Positions 37,246-39,757 of a stretch of DNA of 39,757 bases are shown here, one piece after another (position 1 is the first letter of the stretch; every line of letters begins with the position of its first letter). The stretch spans positions 1 through 39,757 of the IMG/VR virus record IMGVR_UViG_3300022933_000001; one strand, written 5' to 3'. The position numbers and the translations under genes were made by a program. Origin of the DNA: a virus. The notes under the pieces are model-generated. The model was not told the DNA's origin. It made no database searches and saw only the letters and a list, made by a program, of their open reading frames with translations.

Positions 37246-39757
37246 TGCCATACGATAGACATGATAATGAAAAGATAGACCGTAAGGTTATGGACTGTAG
37301 AGCCAAACTTGGAGGTACTAATATTGTTGTAGGTGGGAACACTGATGCTATAGCTATAAACAAAACTAAGCTAGACCTAATGACGGTAACACAGGCTGTG
37401 AACCTTGATGACATGGAGTCTGACATAGGAGCGGTTAGCGGTTTAACAACCGATGAAAAAGATAATCTAGTAGGGGCTGTAAATGAGCTAGACACTAACA
37501 CTAATGACTGTCAAGCAGATGCTACTAACGCCTCGACTTTTGCAACTACTGCCCTCCTTGCTATAGGAACTACGAGTAATCTCCCAAACCCCCCTGCATC
37601 GCTAGTCGAGGAGATAAATACCCTAGACGTAGCAGTAGATTCAAACACAACTAAATTAGATGGTATTGAAGCAAGTGCAACTGCTGACCAAACAGACGCT
37701 GAAATTAGAACTGCAGTAGAAGCTGCAACTGATTCAAACGTGTTCACTGATGCTGACCATACTAAACTAAATGCTATTGAAGCAGGTGCTGATGTGACAG
37801 ACTCAACAAATGTTGTAGCTGCTTTAACAGCAGGAGAGAATGTAACTATATCTGCAGGTGGAACTATAGCTTCCACAGATACAGACACAACTTATTCATC
37901 TAGTGATTTTACACATGATGACTTAATAGGTTTTGTAGCTGATGAACATATAGATTGGACAGGTGCTTCAGCAGGAACTATCCACTCTTCTAACTATACT
38001 GATACAGATACAACTTATACAAGTTCAAATTTTACACATGATGACTTAACAGGTTTTGTAGCTGATAAACATATTGATTGGACATTAACTAACATTAAGA
38101 ATATCCACTCTTCTAACTATACTGATACAGTTTATGACTCAACTGATATTGATGCAGCAGTAGATTTAAACACAGCAAAGGTAACCTATCCTTCTGCTGA
38201 CTCTACTAAGGTGGGGTATATCAGCGTTACGGAAGCTATAAACTTAGATACCTTACGCGATGACGTAGATAGTAATGATGCAGATATTGCAACTAATGTT
38301 ACGAATATCAGCAGTAACGCTGCAGACATTCTCACGCTACAAGGTAACGTAAATAGCAACGATGCAGATATTGCAAATAATGTTACGAATATCAGCAATA
38401 ACGATGCAGACATAGCCGCCTTACAGTCTGCTGTAACTAGCAACGATGCAGATATTGCAAATAATGTTACGAATATCAGCAATAACGATGCAGACATAGC
38501 CGCCTTACAGTCTGCTGTAACTAGCAACGATACAGATATTGCAACTAATGTTACAAACATAACTACCAACTCCGATGCCATCGGAACACTTTCATCATTA
38601 GCCACGAGTGCTAAAACCAACTTAGTGGGGGCGGTTAATGAGCTACATACAGAATTAGGTAGCGAGACAACAACGTCCTTAGTTTTATCTGGTAACATCC
38701 TCACGTTTACTAATCAGGATGGTGTAACGAACACTATATCCTTAGCCCACTACTTAGATGACACAGACACAAATACCTTTGTGTCGTCAGGGTCGGTAAA
38801 TAGCGCAGGGCTAGTCACTTTCATTATGAGCGACGCTTCGACATTTACAGTAAACTTAGAGTCTTTATTAGACACTACAGTTACTGTAGTTGATAACTTG
38901 ATAAGTACGAGTACCGTAGATGCTTTGAGTGCTGGTAGGGGCAAGGTATTAAAGGATGGTCTTGATACTCTCACCACCACTAAAGTAGCTACATCGTCTA
39001 ACCAAGCGTTAGTTTCCGCAACTGATGCTATGACTATTAGTGACCATACTATTACTTTAAATAGAGCAGATGGAACTACGGACACAGTTACAGTTCCTGA
39101 TAATGACACCACTTATACGGTAGGCGATGGTGGGCTAACTGAAATTAACTTTACGTCAGCGGATAATACTAAACTAGACGGTATAGCAGCAGGTGCTACA
39201 GTAGACCAAAGTGCTGCAGAAATAAAAACTCTTTTAGAGGATGGGATTAATAGTGTTCATTATGTAGATGGAAGTATAGATACTATTCACATAGGTGATG
39301 ACCAAGTAACAGTAGACAAACTGGCGAACTCAATCAATACAACTATAGCCGCCAATACAGCTAAAGACACTAACGTCACAACCGATTTAAGCGTAAGCAG
39401 AGATGGAACCAAGTTGGTTGTAGTTTCGAGTGATGGAGCAAACGCAACACTACCCCTAGTTGATACAAATAATTGGGGTGTGATGTCGGATGAAATGTTC
39501 GACGAGCATACAACCAATAATGCTAAGACAGGCATTTCGCCTGTACAGGCAGCAGCTATTACAAATAATACTACTGCTATAAGTGGTAACGATACAGACA
39601 TAGGAACACTCGCTAGTTTAACGACTACAACAAAGTCAAACCTTGTAGCGGCTATAAACGAATTAGATAGCGACATGGAGACAGTCGAGAATACGGTGGA
39701 CTCCCATACGGCAGCAATCCCTGCTAACTTATCTACAAGATTGTCTGCGCTAGAAGC
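37245..39757 (+). CDS. tail fibre protein, N-terminal 837 codons (ORF continues through the circular junction to 434; ~939 aa in total)
   Basis: My manual translation from ATG 37245 shows no stop up to the window end. The motifs NLVGAVNEL and TKLDGIEAGA recur, and internal tandem repeats are present. The ORF is absent from the track because it has no stop inside the window. Confidence 0.85.
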   Translation, partial: MPYDRHDNEKIDRKVMDCRAKLGGTNIVVGGNTDAIAINKTKLDLMTVTQAVNLDDMESDIGAVSGLTTDEKDNLVGAVNELDTNTNDCQADATNASTFATTALLAIGTTSNLPNPPASLVEEINTLDVAVDSNTTKLDGIEASATADQTDAEIRTAVEAATDSNVFTDADHTKLNAIEAGADVTDSTNVVAALTAGENVTISAGGTIASTDTDTTYSSSDFTHDDLIGFVADEHIDWTGASAGTIHSSNYTDTDTTYTSSNFTHDDLTGFVADKHIDWTLTNIKNIHSSNYTDTVYDSTDIDAAVDLNTAKVTYPSADSTKVGYISVTEAINLDTLRDDVDSNDADIATNVTNISSNAADILTLQGNVNSNDADIANNVTNISNNDADIAALQSAVTSNDADIANNVTNISNNDADIAALQSAVTSNDTDIATNVTNITTNSDAIGTLSSLATSAKTNLVGAVNELHTELGSETTTSLVLSGNILTFTNQDGVTNTISLAHYLDDTDTNTFVSSGSVNSAGLVTFIMSDASTFTVNLESLLDTTVTVVDNLISTSTVDALSAGRGKVLKDGLDTLTTTKVATSSNQALVSATDAMTISDHTITLNRADGTTDTVTVPDNDTTYTVGDGGLTEINFTSADNTKLDGIAAGATVDQSAAEIKTLLEDGINSVHYVDGSIDTIHIGDDQVTVDKLANSINTTIAANTAKDTNVTTDLSVSRDGTKLVVVSSDGANATLPLVDTNNWGVMSDEMFDEHTTNNAKTGISPVQAAAITNNTTAISGNDTDIGTLASLTTTTKSNLVAAINELDSDMETVENTVDSHTAAIPANLSTRLSALE
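37875..38120 (+). repeat. 123-bp (41-codon) tandem duplication inside the fibre gene
   Basis: TDTDTTYSSSDFTHDDLIGFVADEHIDWT...IHSSNY is followed by TDTDTTYTSSNFTHDDLTGFVADKHIDWT...IHSSNY. Confidence 0.85.
38271..38522 (+). repeat. 84-bp (28-codon) tandem repeat x3 inside the fibre gene; units 2 and 3 are identical
   Basis: Units lie at 38271-38354 (diverged), 38355-38438 and 38439-38522 (identical). A further degenerate unit follows. They encode SNDADIANNVTNISNNDADIAALQSAVT. Confidence 0.9.
39631..39757. repeat. contig-end overlap, copy 2 (identical to 1-127)
   Basis: Direct base-by-base comparison of both ends. Confidence 0.97.

Noticed and set aside
37205-39676. Five sizeable - strand ORFs in the track (37205-37501, 37511-37888, 38186-38704, 38750-39112, 39287-39676)
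   Set aside because: They lie antisense to an uninterrupted + strand frame running from ATG 37245 to the window end. That + frame has recognisable fibre motifs and couples to the upstream gene. The antisense translations are low-complexity Ser/Val/Ala/Leu strings, typical of the reverse frame of Asn/Asp/Thr-rich repeats.

Overview
The window is a complete, circularly closed phage genome of about 39,630 bp. Bases 1-127 are identical to 39631-39757, so the contig overlaps itself inside the tail-fibre gene. The gene content is T7-like (Autographiviridae-type). It includes a single-subunit RNA polymerase, a gp2.5-like SSB, a gp4-like primase-helicase, a family-A DNA polymerase and a gp6-like exonuclease. 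A syntenic virion block runs portal, scaffold, capsid, gp11, gp12, gp13-16-like proteins and fibre, and terS/terL are also present. I see no tRNA, rRNA, CRISPR array, integrase or transposase. Three things stand out. (1) The layout is not T7-like: the roughly 23-kb virion/lysis block lies on the + strand (17707 through the wrap to 1230), while early genes, replication genes and the terminase lie on the - strand. This creates a divergent junction at 17651/17707 and a convergent junction where two CDSs overlap (1130-1230). (2) A 1.7-kb ORF-free region (14055-15768) sits where the T7 concatemer junction would be. It holds sigma70-like early promoters, a quasi-palindromic GGGCATTATAA motif, dispersed GTCCTAAG-like heptamers and a cluster of repeated hairpin units. 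(3) Several accessory or atypical genes are present:
- a MarR-like regulator overlapping the RNAP start;
- a membrane-anchored SLT-type muramidase among the early genes;
- a calcineurin-type metallophosphoesterase heading the late operon;
- a small HExxH protein;
- RusA in place of T7 endonuclease I;
- strongly acidic early proteins;
- a 2155-aa gp16-like ejection protein;
- a repeat-rich fibre of about 939 aa.
All functional calls rest on motifs I can read in the translations plus synteny. No database search was run.
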